Assembly (NCBI RefSeq): GCF_026210795.1
Contig: NC_089431.1
Span: 1,736,001-1,800,000 of the forward strand
From: Rhizophagus irregularis
Lineage: Eukaryota
Reading direction: 5' to 3'
Length of the DNA stretch: 64,000 bases
Shown here: positions 26,755-41,077 of the stretch, in pieces
Layout: every line of letters begins with the position of its first letter
Position numbering within the stretch: the stretch's first letter is position 1
Made by a program: the position numbers and the translations under genes
The notes under the pieces: generated by a model
Database searches by the model: none
What the model was told of the DNA's origin: nothing
What the model saw: the letters and a program-made list of their open reading frames with translations, nothing else

Positions 26755-27238
26755 ATTTCCATAACTAACCCACTACCTCCCATACACTAGCTAAAGCTTG
26801 GTAATTTGAAGCCCGCCCTGCACGAACATGATAGTTATTGTTAATTATTACGCCATCTGCACAAAAACGTTTTAGAATGGTTGAATCGTTGTCGAACAAC
26901 TGTCGATCAAATTAGGACAGAAAAAATTGCGTTAATTTTTACATTTATTAAATGCTTGTTTAAACGCTTAAAGTGTAGTTTTAAACGTTTATTATATGCA
27001 TCACTGATAAATAGAGCAATTATCAGAATTATCAAAATTAATTAATCCTTGTAAATTTCCTAAGTTTATTTGCTTCATGTCTAATTTGGCTTAAACTTTT
27101 AAATCTTGGACGCTATTTATTAATTGTAATTTAGTATAAAGAATTTAAATAAAATTTGCTTAAATTGATAAATTCGAATATTTTATCGGCTTGGTTAATT
27201 TATCTTGTACATAACTTATTGAAAGTTTTTATTATAAA

Positions 27239-28680
27239 CTAGCAACAGGATTAATATTGATATGCCGCTCACCTTTTTCCTTTTTCTGCAACAGTCTTGT
27301 ACATAACCTTTTTTTACGTTGTTCAGGCACTTTACCTTCAATTATTTCCACATTAGGATTACAGGATTAACAGCATTGCACATTATATTTATGGGAAACT
27401 GATGCCTTTACATAAAATAGGTACGGCAATCAGCATTATAGATGAATTTTTTTATTAGCACTAATAATTATTAATAATAAAAAAGAATAATATTAAAATA
27501 ATGTAAGTATTAATTATACTAACTAAATAATTTAGAAAATTATAAATTTTTAATTTAAATTTTCTAACTAAAAAAATTATACAAAACAAAAAAAAATATA
27601 TTTTTATTTGATTGTCACCGATCCAAATCTAAATCTAAAAGATGGAAAAAAAAAATAGAAAAATAGATTAGTAAAATAATAAGAAAAAAATTATTATAAA
27701 TAAAAATCAGAAAAAAAGATGCTTATCTGATCACCGATCTAAATCTAAAGGAAACATATACAAATATAGTTAATAATATATATATTGTGCCTCAGATCGA
27801 TTCTTGCCTCAGATTGAAGCTCACGCACCTCACATTGAGATTGTCACCTGACGCACCTCATTTGAATCATTCAATAAAGTCTGTTATAAGTAAACTTTTT
27901 TCTCATTAATTAAACCACTTTTTGTAACATAAACAAACTTGTGCCATAATGAGTTACATGTTTCCTGAAATCTTTATGTAAATCCGATTCATATTGAAGT
28001 TTATACTTGTATTTTATCTGAAAAATCATTAAAATTTTAAGTCATTTTTCAAATGAAAAGATTTAATGAGTATGATTCTAATTAATCTGAAATTTTAGAA
28101 TTGTATACTTAAAATAATGATAAATAAGTTTACTTAGTACTTAAAAATACATTAAAATTGGAAATTTTGATGTTTAATTATAGCTCATTTTTATTAGCAA
28201 TTGAGGTGTGTCAGATGACAATCTCAATCTGAGGTGCGTGAGCTTCAATCTGAGGCAAGAATCGATCTGAGGCACAACATATATATATAAAGATAAATAA
28301 AAAAGATTATAGAAAAGAAAATCTTAGTATAGATTACAAAGCGGAAAAAAAATAAAAAAAATAAATTTAAAAAAAATCGGATTTGAAGAAAAATTCGGGG
28401 TTAAAAAAAATGAAAGTTAAAATTTCGGTTTTAAAAAACCGAAAAAAAATATTAAAAAAAATTCAGTCGAAAAAAAAGACTGAAAGAATATATTGTTATT
28501 AAAAAAAAATTCGATCTAAAAATATAAAAAATATTGCTATTAAAAAAAATGGGTCTAAAAAAGGCCGAAAAAAAATAAAAACATTAAAAATTATTTTAAA
28601 AAAATGAGACTGAGACCGAAAAAAAGATGTCAGATAGTTGTGATGATACATTCTGCTGCACCGTGAAAATGAAATACGGT
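27239..28680 (-). mobile_element. Non-autonomous Helitron-like element (5' boundary approximate)
   Basis: Minus-strand end ...ttaatcctgttgCTAG|t resembles the 45140 Helitron end with the hairpin deleted; 27600-27630 matches 44921-44955 inverted. Confidence 0.55.
27783..28279. mobile_element. TIR element inserted in (TA)n
   Basis: ~78-bp TIR ttgtgcctcagatcgattcttgcctcagattgaagctcacgcacctca... Confidence 0.9.
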
Positions 28681-29205
28681 TAATAAGATTAAAATTTCAG
28701 CAGCCAATTAAGGACAAATTTATTCGGTATTATCTTAAATATCAGTTATATATCTTTCTTTACTAAACATTTTGAAATACATATAAAATGCTCCTCGTAT
28801 GTGTAATTATCTAATTTAAAATAAAAATAGTATTGCTGTTTTAATTACCCAAACCTATATGAATCATGTAAAAAATTTTTACTATTTTTATTATTTTTAT
28901 TATATTTTACAAAATTAAATTATTTCATACACAAACATTTTCTTTTTTAAAAAATCCCCTTATTGATCTTCAAACTTCTTTTTCACTTTATACAGTATCT
29001 CTTTTTTGTGAGTCATCTTTAACAACATTATCTTTTCTTGTTTTTTTTTTAATTTCGTTGTTTCAAATTTTGCTAAATATTAATGGTTTAGAAAATTTTG
29101 AACTCTAATTCTTTCTTTGTTAAGTCCTTTCAAATTTTTTCGTATTTATAATAAAATTTTATTTTTCATCTCTTCCTATTAAATGTTTTTAATAAAAAGA
29201 TATTT

Positions 29206-30721
29206 TCCTATAAAAAAATTGGATATGTTTTTTATAAAGTTTTATACGATTTTTTTTCCTTAGAAATAACGTATCATGAAAGGATACGGGAAAATGCACA
29301 ATTTCGTATCACTAAAAATATGGTTTGGATACGGAATTTACATGGAATTTACATGATTTGATCACTGATTTTATCATTAAATTTATACGATTTGGTCACT
29401 GAATTTACCATTTATATTACAGTTTATTATAGTTGTATTTACATAAATTTAGTTCTACTTTATTAAATTAAATAAAAAATAAAAATAAACAAAATACAAA
29501 TACATTAAATACATTATTAAAATTCCCTTTCTTATCAAAACCACCTATTGCAACCAAAATTATCTATAATATGTTCGGGTTCATTCAGAGTCAAACAACC
29601 TAAAAAAAACAAAAAAATAGTAACATAAGAACGTCTAACTTAACTGGAAACCAAAACCTCCTCATATAGTACTATCTGCAATCGTCCAAGTCACCAAGGG
29701 TTAGTATTCCTACAAAAAAGAAAAAGAACTCCAGAATGTCTGACCTATATAAAAGAAAAGAATCATGAAACGTCTGATGAAAAAGAAACCAAAACAACCT
29801 ACAAAAGAAAAAAAAATCCAGAATTGACCCACAAAAAAAAAAGAAGACTCTGAAGCAACAAAACTGAAAAAACCTACAAAAAGAAAAGAATTTGAACTCA
29901 ACTTACAAAAAAAAAAGAAAATTTGAACTGACCTAAAAAAAGAAAAAAATCCTAACCATATTACAAAAAGAAAAGGACTCCCAAACTGATCTACAAAAAA
30001 GAAAAAAGAAATTCTCAAAAAAAAATCTGCTGGACTATGAAAAAAAGTATAAATAAAAAAGAAAAGGGAGTGAGTGGGGAATAAAAGAATAAATCAAAAA
30101 AATATTTTTCTTTAAAAAGAGGGGTGACGAAGTTAGAAAAGTTAAAAAAAAATTTTTAAAAAAGAAGAACGATTTTTTTTTAAAAAAAAGGAAAGGGTGG
30201 TGAGTGGGGAATAAAAGAATAAAGTCAAAAAAAAATTTTTTTTAAAAGAGTGACGAAAAAAAAATTTTTTTTAAAGGAGAGTGACGGAAAAAAAATTTTT
30301 TTTAAAGAGAGGTACAAAAAAAAAATTCTTTTTAAAGGGAGGTGACGAAGAAAGAAGAAAGAAAAATTTTTTTAAAATAAAAATAAGACGAGAGAAAGGG
30401 GAAGATTCAAAGTAAGGGTTTATATAAAAACAAAAAACGTATCATAACAAAATAATAAACAATCATGTGATCACGTGTTATGATACGTTATTATCCTAAA
30501 AATATTAAGTTTAATGTTCACATGGAAATTAAAAATAAAAATAAAAATATTAAGTTTAAAAATTCCGTATACATTCCGCATGACTAATTTTTTTCGTATA
30601 CATTAGTTTTTTAAAAAAATGTTCCTTATTAAATATACGGAATTTGTATACGGAATCTATAGAAACATACATAAAAATGTATACAAAACGTATCCTTTCC
30701 GTACACAGATTTCTTATAGAG
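29206..30721. mobile_element. Second large CACTA/CMC-like element (same TIR family as 22023-24122)
   Basis: Ends tcctataaaaaa / ttcttatagag, ttt flanks; subterminal IR gaaaggatacg / cgtatcctttc. Confidence 0.65.
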
Positions 30722-30977
30722 TTTCTTAACGTAACGTTAACCTGTATTTTTGTGCAAAAAGACTATATATTTAACCTTTTTATCATATTGTTTCAATTGT
30801 TCCATCCTTTAACCATATTTTTCTCTAAAAAAAGTTTGGTCAATTGATTCAACTACAGTAAAAAGATTTTGAGCGAATTAAAAACTCTCATTTAAGAATG
30901 AGTAATTTGCCTAAATACGAAGGAGTGAAAAGAATAGTTATTTATTTAATATCTGAACCAAATGAAAATAAAACCAA

Positions 30978-31437
30978 TTATTGCCGTTTTCAGAAATGTT
31001 GACATTAGAATGTCGATCAGTTCTATAAATCGAACACACCGAACACACACCGAACACAGCAATTAAAATTAAAAAAAAACAAATTTTCCTTTAAAAAAAA
31101 CAAAATTAAAACCTTAGCTGTTAGTAATATATTTTTAGGTAGTGTGCATAAAAAAATGTATAAACATTATATTATTTACATATATGTATTTGCTTGTATT
31201 TGCCAATGTTCGGTGTGTTTGGTGTGTTCGTTTGTGTTCGGTGTGTGTTCGGTACAAATTTTCATATTTTCAATTTTATTTATATCTAAAAAATGACAAA
31301 AATAGTTTTTATATAAAGTTATGCATGAATACTTCAAGTTTGCATAATTTTTTGTATGTGATCACCGGTGTGTTCGGTGTGTTCAGTATAAAATGGTCAA
31401 AATTTCAGATTGTCAACATTTCTGAAAATGGCAATAA
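30978..31437. mobile_element. MITE with ccgaacac subterminal repeats
   Basis: TIR ttattgcc(g/a)ttttcagaaatgttgaca. Confidence 0.85.
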
Positions 31438-31608
31438 GTAAATAAATTTCAGGTTTATAAGAACCGAAAAGGTACCACACTACCACCTAATAATAAATAA
31501 ATTCTCCAGTTTATAAGAACCAAAAAAAAGGTATTTAACATTAAAATAACGATAAAAGTAAAGGCCGTTATACATTAGCAATCTGCTGCGGTCAACGTAC
31601 ACATGGAT

Positions 31609-31840
31609 TATACAATCTTCCCCAGTATCACCGACACTTTTTCCACCCCACGTGATTTTGTAATATTCATCACCGGCATCACACTCCACCGCGTTTTCAC
31701 TGTTTATATTTATCTGAGGGACTTAGGTTTTTTTTGCCTCACAAAATTATGTTTTTCACATCCCTTTAAATGTCACCGGTCACGTGGGGGTGGAATTTTA
31801 ATTATAAAAGTGTCGGTAATACTGGGGTAAATGGATTATA
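31609..31840. mobile_element. MITE (ends approximate)
   Basis: ccccagtatcaccgacacttt / aaagtgtcggtaatactgggg plus inner ttccaccccacgtga / tcacgtggggtggaa-like IR. Confidence 0.75.
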
Positions 31841-31956
31841 CACTATTCATAACGTGATGATGTGCAATGATGACTGCGCTTTGATAACCGTTCCCTAGTT
31901 TTATGAATGAAAGAATATGTCATGTCTAAGTAATCTAAATAATCTTGCAGATTAGA

Positions 31957-32153
31957 CTCTATAAAAAAGTTATTCCGTGTTTTTTATTCCATGTTATTTC
32001 CGTAAATGTATCATATTCACGGAATTTATAGTCAGAACATGGAAATTATCCAAATTTCTTAGATTTTAGTTATTTTTACGTAAATATATCAGATATCATA
32101 TTCTGATATCTACGGAGTTTTTATAGAAATTACAGATAAAATTTTTTACAGGG
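31957..32153. mobile_element. Short CACTA/CMC-like MITE
   Basis: Ends ctctataaaaaa / ttttttacaggg, 3-bp TSD aga. Confidence 0.75.
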
Positions 32154-32442
32154 AGATTCTTAAACTAAGATGTATATACTATCTAGTGTATTAAAATAAA
32201 TGTCCATCCAAAAAACAATTATTTTAAAGCGATGCAAAAACCATAAAAACTTTTTATTAATATTGTTAATTTGATAAGCTGTTAATGTATAAAATATAAT
32301 AACCCTAATTGAATAAGAAAAGCTATAAATAATTCCTTTAAAGTATTAAACAATAAATTACAAATAGGCAATTAGTAACATTTTAAATTTTGCTGTGATA
32401 TATAGAATTAATTCTGTAAACTACAATCAGCAATAAGCTAAT

Positions 32443-35400
32443 TTAATAATTTAATTTAACTGTTGCAATAATAAATTAAAATATTTTAATATAAGTAAAC
32501 AATATAAATGTAATTAACAAAGAATTATAAACTTACTGCATTGATCAGATGATTGAGTATATTCTGAGGATTCATTGTTTGTTTGTGAATCGGGGTCTAA
32601 ATTTTCATTATCTTTTACAGATAATAATTTTTTTTTCTTTTGTAAATATAATATTAAGTTAATATAAACAATAAAACTTAAAGAAAAAATAAATACACAC
32701 CTTTGATTGATTTATTTCTAGTGTTGATTCCAAAACCCATTTTTTCAAATTCATCCAACACTTTATTGATAATTGGTCTTTGTTCGGGAACTTGATTCCA
32801 GCAATTTTTATAAAGTCCTTCATATTCAATAGGAGTATCAGGAATTGTAACTTCACGAACACCATTGTTAATTTCAAAAGCAAGTGCAACTTTATTATCA
32901 CAATCTTTAAATGGAGGATATCCACTAGAAATTTCCCACATTAATACACCAAAACTATATATATCTGATGATTTAGTATATGGAAAATTCTGATCTAAAA
33001 TACGGTTTGGTTCCATATAAGGAATAACGCCAAAATTACCCATATAAACTGTCGAATTCGGATCATTTTGAATTTTTGAAATACCAAAATCTGTAATTTT
33101 AGCATTATGCTCATGAATAACTATGTTTTTAGAATGCTAAGACAAAAAAGTACGACATTGTTAGTAATTACCAATTTGTATTATAGTAAAATATCAAATA
33201 CACTTACAAGGTCTCTATGCAAAATATTTTCGTTATGCAAATAATTTAATCCATCTGCAATTTGAAACGCTAATTTTTTCTTATCATCCCATGTTAAATT
33301 CTTAAAATTATCTTTGAGATAATTTTGAAGATCACTACAATCAGCATATTGCATTATAAGAAGATAATCATTCTTTATCGGATCTATAAAATTTAATGAT
33401 AATTAAATATAAAATAAAAATAAAAAGTACATCATAATCCTTTTTTTACCTAAACTAATGCCCAAACAACGTATAATCCTATTACTATAGTCAAGCTGTA
33501 AATGTATTTTCAATTCATGAATAAAAGCATCTAATAAATTATGCTTAATATCTGTTGTATTAGTTAATTTTTTACAAATAACATAATCATGTATTTTAGT
33601 CCAAATTGCTCTACTAATATGTCCAAATCCTCCTTTATTAATAGATTCTATATTTTCAAATTCATCATATGGTATAAATTTAACTTGTTTATATTTTAAG
33701 GCATTTTTAATCCATTCAGTTGCATTTTTACTTTCCTTTTCTGCTTTTTTAAACCACTCAAATGCTTTAACATCATATTTTTCAATATCACTTTCATTAC
33801 TAATTATAACATATTGTGCTTCCTCATCTCTATTTGCTGCTGCTTTTTGATACCAATAAAAAGCCTTGACTTCATCTTTTTTAGTACCAGCTCCATTGTT
33901 ATAACATATACTTAAATTAAATTGTGCATTTTTATTTCCATTTTTTGCTGCTTTTTGATACCAATAAAAAGCTTTTTCCAAATCTTTTTCAATGCCAACT
34001 CCATTTTCATAACATAAACCTAAATTATATTGTACAGGTTCATTTCCATTACCTGCTGCTTTTTGATACCAATAAAATGCAGTTTCCTCATTTTTTTCAA
34101 CACCATTTCCATTTTCATAACACAAACCTAAATTATATTGTGCATTTTCATTTCCATTTTCTGCTGCTTTTTGATACCAATAAATAGCTTTAAATTGATC
34201 CATCTCAATACCAGTTCCATTTTCATAACATAAACCTAGGTTATATTGTGCATTTCTATTTCCATTTTCTGCTGCTTTCTGATACCAGTAAAAAGCTTTA
34301 TCCAAATCTTTATTAATGCCAGTTCCATTTTCATAATATAAACCCAAATTAAATTGTGCATTACTATTTTTATTTTCTGCTTTTTGATACCAATAAAAAG
34401 CTTTGACATCATCTTTTTTAATACCAACTCCTTTTCCATAATACAAGCCTAAATTATATTGTGCATTTTTATCTCCATTTTCTGCTGCTTTCTGATACCA
34501 ATATAAAGCTTTTTCCAAATCTTTTTCAATGCCAATTCCATAATCATAATATAAACCTAAGCTATATTGTGCATTATTATTTCCATTTTCTACTGCTTTC
34601 TGATACCAATATAAAGCTTTTTCCAAATCTTTTTCAATGCCAATTCCATTTTCATAAAAAAGACCAAGTTTATTTTGTGCATCACCATGTTCTTTTTCTG
34701 CTAAATCCTTAAAACATTCAATTGCTTTAACAATATCTTTTTTAGTACCAATTTCATTCTCATAACACAAACCTAAATTATATTGTGCATTTTCATTTCC
34801 ATTTTCTGCTGCTTTTTGATACCAATAAAGAGCTTTAAATTGATCCATCTCAATACCAATTCCATTTTCATAACATAAACCTAGATTATATTGTGCATTT
34901 CTATTTCCATTTTCTGCTGCTTTCTGATACCAATAAGAAGCCTTTACTCTATTTTCTTCAATACCAATTCTGTTTTCATAACATAAACCTAAATTATATT
35001 GTGCATTATCATTTCCATTCTCTGCTGCTTCTTGATAATAATAATAAGCTTTAAATTGATTCATCTCAATACCAATTCCATTTTCATAGCATAGACCTAA
35101 ATTATATTGCGCATTATTATTTCCTTTTTCTGCTGCTTTTAGATACCAATAAAAGGCTTTTTCAAAATCTTCTTCAATACCAATTCCACTTTGGTAACAT
35201 AATCCTAAATAATACTGCGCATTATTATTTTCATATTCTGCTGCTTTCTGATACCAATAAAAGGCCTTAATTTCATCTTTTTCAACGCCTATTCCATTTT
35301 TGTAACATAAACCTAAATTATATTGTACATCTTTATTTCCATTTTCTGCTGCTTTTTGATACCAATAAAAAGTCTTTGCTCCATTTCCTTCAATACCAAT

Positions 35401-38400
35401 TCCATTCTCATAACATAAACCTAAATTATATTGTGCATCTTTATTTCCATTATTTGCTGCTTTTTGATACCAGTAAAAAGCTTTTTCTGAATCTTTTTCA
35501 ATGCCAACTCCATTTTCATAACACAAACCTAAATTATATTGTACAGGTTCATTTCCATTACCTGCTGCTTTTTGATACCAATAAAATGCAGTTTCCTCAT
35601 TTTTTTCAACACCATTTCCATTTTCATAACACAAACCTAAATTATATTGTGCATTTTCATTTCCATTTTCTGCTGCTTTTTGATACCAATAAGTAGCTTT
35701 ATTCGAATCTTTTTTAATGCTAATTCCATTTTCATAACATAAACCTAGATTATATTGTGCATTTCTATTTCCATTTTTTGCTGCTTTCTGATACCAGTGA
35801 AAAGCTTTATCCAAATCTTTATTAATGCCAGTTCCATTTTCATAATATAAACCCAAATTAAATTGTGCATTACTATTTTTATTTTCTGCTGCTTTTTGAT
35901 ACCAATAAAAAGCTTTGACATAATCTTTTTTAATACCAACTCCTTTTTCATAATACAATCCTAAATTATATTGTGCATTTTTATTTCCATTTTCTGCTGC
36001 TTTCTGGTGCCAATAAAAAGCTTTAATTGCATCTTTTTTAATACCAATTCCATTTTCATAGCATAGACCTACATTATATTGTGCATTATTATTTCCATTT
36101 TCTGCTGCTTTCTGATACCAATATAAAGCTTTTTCCAATTCCTTTCAATGCCAATTCCATTTTCATAAAAAAGACCAAGTTTATTTTGTGCATCACCATG
36201 TTCTTTTTCTGCTAAATCCTTAAAACATTCAATTGCTTTAACAATATCTTTATTAGTACCAATTTCATTCTCATAACATAAACCCAATTGATATCGTGCT
36301 TTTATATTTCCACTTTCTACTGCTCTTTGATACCAATAAAAAGCTTTATCCTCATCTTTTTTAACACCAATTCCATTTTCAAAACATAGTCCTAAATTAT
36401 ATTGTACACGTTTATTTCCATTTTCTGCTGCTTTTTGATACCAATAAAAAGCCTTTACTCTATTTTCTTCAATACCAATTCTGTTTTCATAACATAAGCC
36501 TAAATTATATTGTGCATTATTATTTCCTTTTTCTGCTGCTTTTTGATACCAATAAAAGGCTTTTTCAAAATCTTTTTCAATACCTGGTATTCCACTTTGG
36601 TAATATAATCCTAAATAATACTGTGCATTATTATTTCCATTTTCTGCTGCTTTCTGATACCAATATAAAGCTTTTCCCAAATCTTTTTCAATGCCAATTC
36701 CATTTTCATAAAAAAGACCAAGTTTATTTTGTGCATCACCATGTTCTTTTTCTGCTAAATCCTTAAAACATTCAATTGCTTTAACAATATCTTTTTTAGT
36801 ACCAATTTCATTCTCATAACATAAACCCAATTGATATTGTGCATTTTCATTTCCATTATCTGCTGCTTTTTGATACCAATAAAAAGCTTCTTTAAAATCT
36901 TCTTCAATACCAATTCTACTCTCATAGCATAAGCCTAAATTATATTGTGCATTTTCATTTCCATTATCTACTGCTTTTTTATACCAAAAAAAAGCTTTAA
37001 CTTCATCTTTTTCAACACCAATTCGATTTTCAAAACATAGTCCTAAATTATATTGTACAAGTTTATTTCCATTTTCTGCTGCTTTTTGATACCAATAAAA
37101 AGCTTCTTCAAAATTTTCTTCAATACCAATTCCATTCTCATAACATAAGCCTAAATTATATTGTGCATTTTCATTTCCATTATCTGCAGCTTTTTGATAC
37201 CAATAAAAAGCTTTTACTTCATCTTTTTCAATGTAAACTCCATTTTTATAATATAAATACAAATTATATTGTGCATTCTTATCTTTAATTTCTATTACTT
37301 TTTGGCACCAATATAAAGTATTGTTTTTCTTATTTTGACAAAAAGTTTTATTCTTTTTAGTATTATTTTCTGCTTTTTGATACCAATAAGAAGCTTTTTG
37401 CAAATCTTTTTCAATATTGATTCCATTTTGATACCATAAACTTAAATGATATTGTGCTATAATACTTTCATTCTCCGCCGCTTTTTGATACCAATAAAAA
37501 GCTTTGGCATCATTTTTTTTAATACCAACTCCTTTTCTATAACACAATCCTAAATTATATTGTGCATTTTTATTCCCATTTTCTGCTGCTTTCTGATACC
37601 AATGGAAAGCTTTAATTTCATCTTTTTTAATACCAATTCCATTTTCATAGCATAAACCTAAACTATATTGTGCATTTCTATTTCCATTTTTTGCTGCTTT
37701 CTGATACCAGTAAAAAGCTTTTTCCAAATCTTTTTTAATAACAATTCCATTTTCATAATATAAACCTAAACTATATTGTGCATTATTATTTCCATTTTCT
37801 GCAGCTTTTTTACAAAAATAAAAAGCTTTAGTCTCATCTTTTTTAACACCAATTCCATTTTTGTAACACAACCATAAATTATATTGTGCATTTTCATTTT
37901 CATCTGCTGCTTTTTGGTACCAATAAAAAGCTTTATTTTCATTTTTTTCAATACCAATTCCATTCTCATAACATAAACCTAAATTATACTGTGCAGATTT
38001 ATTTCCATTTTCTACTGCTTTTTTATACCAATAAAATGCCTTAATTTCATCTTTTTCAATATCCATTTCATTTACAGTTTCTTCATTTTTTTTAATACTA
38101 ATTTCATTTTCATAATATAAACCTAGCTCATATTGTACATTATTGTTATTATTTTCTGCTTCTTTTTGAAACCAATAATTAGCTTCATCTTTTTTTATAT
38201 TAAATCCATTTTTATAATATAAGCTTAAATCATATTGTGCATTATTATTTTCATTTTCTGCAGCTTTTTGAAGCCAATAAAAAGCTTTAACTTTATCTCT
38301 TTTAATTTTAGTTTCAATTTTAGTTTCAATATTATACAATAAACTTAACCTATACTGTGCACATTTATTTTCGTTTTTTGCTGCTTTTTCATACCAATAA

Positions 38401-39845
38401 TAAGCTTTATTCAAATAATTATCAATGCCAGTTCCATTTTCATAATACAAACCCAAATTATATTGTGCATTGCTATTTTCATTTTCTCCCGCTTTTTGAT
38501 ACCAATAGAAAGCTTTAGCTTCTTCTTTTTCAATACCAATTCCATTTTCATAACACAAACCCAAATTATATTGTGCATTATTATTTCTATTTCCTGCTGC
38601 TTTTTGAAACCATTTAAATGCTTTAGCTTCATCTTTCTCAATCCCGATTCCATTTTTATAACATATACCTAAATTATATTGTGCATTATTATTTTCATTT
38701 TCTGCTGATCTTTGACACCAATAAAAAGCTTTAGTCTCATCTTTTTCAATACCAAAACCATTTTGATAGCATAGGCTTAAATTATATTGTGCATTATTAT
38801 TTTCTTTTTCTGCTGCTTTTTGATACCAATAAAAAGCTTTAGTTTCATTCTTTTCAGTACTAATTCCATTTTCATAATACAAACCCAAATTGTATTGTGC
38901 TCTATCATTTTCATTTTCTGCTGCTTTTTGAAACCATTGAAATGCTTTAGCTTCATCTTTTTCAATACCAATGATATTAGTTCCATTTTGATAACATAAG
39001 CCTAAACTATATTGTGCATTATTATTTCCATTTTCCGCAGCCATTTGATACCAATAAAAAGCTTTGTATTCATATTTATTAATGCCAACTCCATTTTCAT
39101 AACATAAACCTAAATTATATTGTGCATCATTATTTCCATTATGTGCAGCTATTTGATACCAATAAAAAGCTTTACCTTCATCTTTTCCAATACCAGTTCC
39201 ATTTTCATAACACAAACCCAAATTATATTGTGCATTATTATTTTCATTTTCTGCTGCTTTTTGATACCAATAGAAGACTTTAGCTTCATTTTTTTCAATA
39301 CCAATTCCATTTTTGTAGCATATACCTAAGCTATATTGTGCATCTTTATTTCCATTTTCTGCTGCCTTTTGATACCAATAGAAGGCTTTTTCAAAATTTT
39401 TTTCAATGCCAATTCCACTTTGGTAACATAATCCTAAATAATACTGCGCATTATTATTTTCATATTCTGCTGCTTTCTGACACCAATAAAAAGCCTTGGT
39501 TTCATCTTTTTCAACGCCTATTCCATTTTTGTAACATAAACCTAAGATATATTGTACATCTTTATTTCCATTTTCTACCGCTTTTTGATACCAATAAAAA
39601 GCTTCTTTAAAATCTTCTTCAATGCCAATTCCATTCTCATAACATAAGCCTAAATTATATTGTGCATTTTTATTTCCATTATCTGCTGCTTTTTGATACC
39701 AATAAAAAGCTTTAATTTGATCCATCTCAATACCAGTTCCATTTTCATAACATATGCCCAAATTATATTGTGCATCAGTATCTCCTTTTTTTGCTGCTTC
39801 TTGATACCATTTAGTTGATAAATTAGACTTGAATCTTTTTAGCAT
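32443..39845 (-). CDS. Giant SEL1-repeat (~55 repeats) + C-terminal TKL kinase paralog 2; one frameshift near 36140
   Basis: ORFs 36069..39845 and 33403..36138 are contiguous SEL1 arrays offset by one missing A. Kinase exons keep GGFG, VICK, HRDL, DFG and SDIYSFG; the final exon IKLNY* is shared with paralog 3. The 5' start is uncertain. Confidence 0.85.
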
Positions 39846-41077
39846 TTCTATTAAAAGAAAAATAAGTTTGCTAAAAAATTTCTATAAAAGTACTAGTAAC
39901 TTCACAATGAAAGAAATACTTATTAATTTTGTCAAAGTGGGAAACTGGGAATATGTAGTGTATTGTTGTTACACTATTACGCCACCTGCACTAATTGTGC
40001 ACAAAGTAAATATTTTATTTGCCGTCTTCAAAATGGTTGAATTGATGTCGATCATATTGTACAAAAAATATCAAATTTTCATTTTTCTTTAATGAATTAT
40101 TATTTTGTGTAAATTTTTTTTTAATACTTCAATATAGTACTGTGAATACTGAGTGAAGTTTTGTAGGAGTAGACCAGTATTTTTATTCTTAAATTTGAAA
40201 TCGTACACTGAATGACAAGGGCACTACACTAAAACCAGTATTTTCTTGCCCTTCGGAAGCAATAAAATGGTATTTGAAATCAATACATTGCACATATTCA
40301 GTATATGAAAATATTCAATTTATATAAATTAATTTATCAAATTCATTAATCAGTTATTAATTTGAAAAGTTTTATATTTGTAACTACGAAATAAAAAAAA
40401 TTAAATAATAGAGGAAGTATTTTTTAATAGGTTGTTATATCCAGCTTCCATAAGATCACAATGCCAATTATTTTGCTTCGTATTCGGCATATTACGTATT
40501 TATTTACAGATATATATTATTCATTGCCGATTTATACGCATTACAAATTAGATATTATGGTCTTACAGAATATTGAACAAATATTGGAAGCTATCAAAAT
40601 TAATTAATCCTTGTAAATTTCTTAATTTTGTTTTAACATTCACTGGTAGCCTAACACGATCATCATGATAAATTAGACAACTACATCAATGTTAGAGAAC
40701 TAACCATTATTATGCGTGGTGCAATGACAACTAATCATTTAACGTTGACCTCCATATTGAATACTTCGTGCCTAATAACTATAAGTTAAATCTCTTCAAA
40801 ACAACCACATAATACTATTTAAATTAATAAATAACCAAATTTTATAAACTTTCTTTAAATCTTGGGCGCTATTTAATTGTAATTTAGTATAGGTAACTAT
40901 ACATGTGTAAATCATTTAACCTATATATTCGAATCCTTTATTGACTTGGTTAATTTATCTTATAGATTTATACATAACTCAGAGAAAGTTTTTATTATAA
41001 AAATTATAAAAACTAGCGGTAAAAAAATAGGGTCTTGATTGGCTGAATGTCATGTGATTTCCGATCATTTGGTAGAT

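Noticed and set aside
29710..30018. Phe-rich 102-aa ORF (likewise 42639..42962 and 42760..42966)
   Set aside because: Translation of T-rich or A-rich low-complexity repeats inside transposons
33924..39610. Short antisense and alternate-frame ORFs inside the SEL1 genes (also 20057-21523)
   Set aside because: Shadows of the repetitive SEL1 codon pattern
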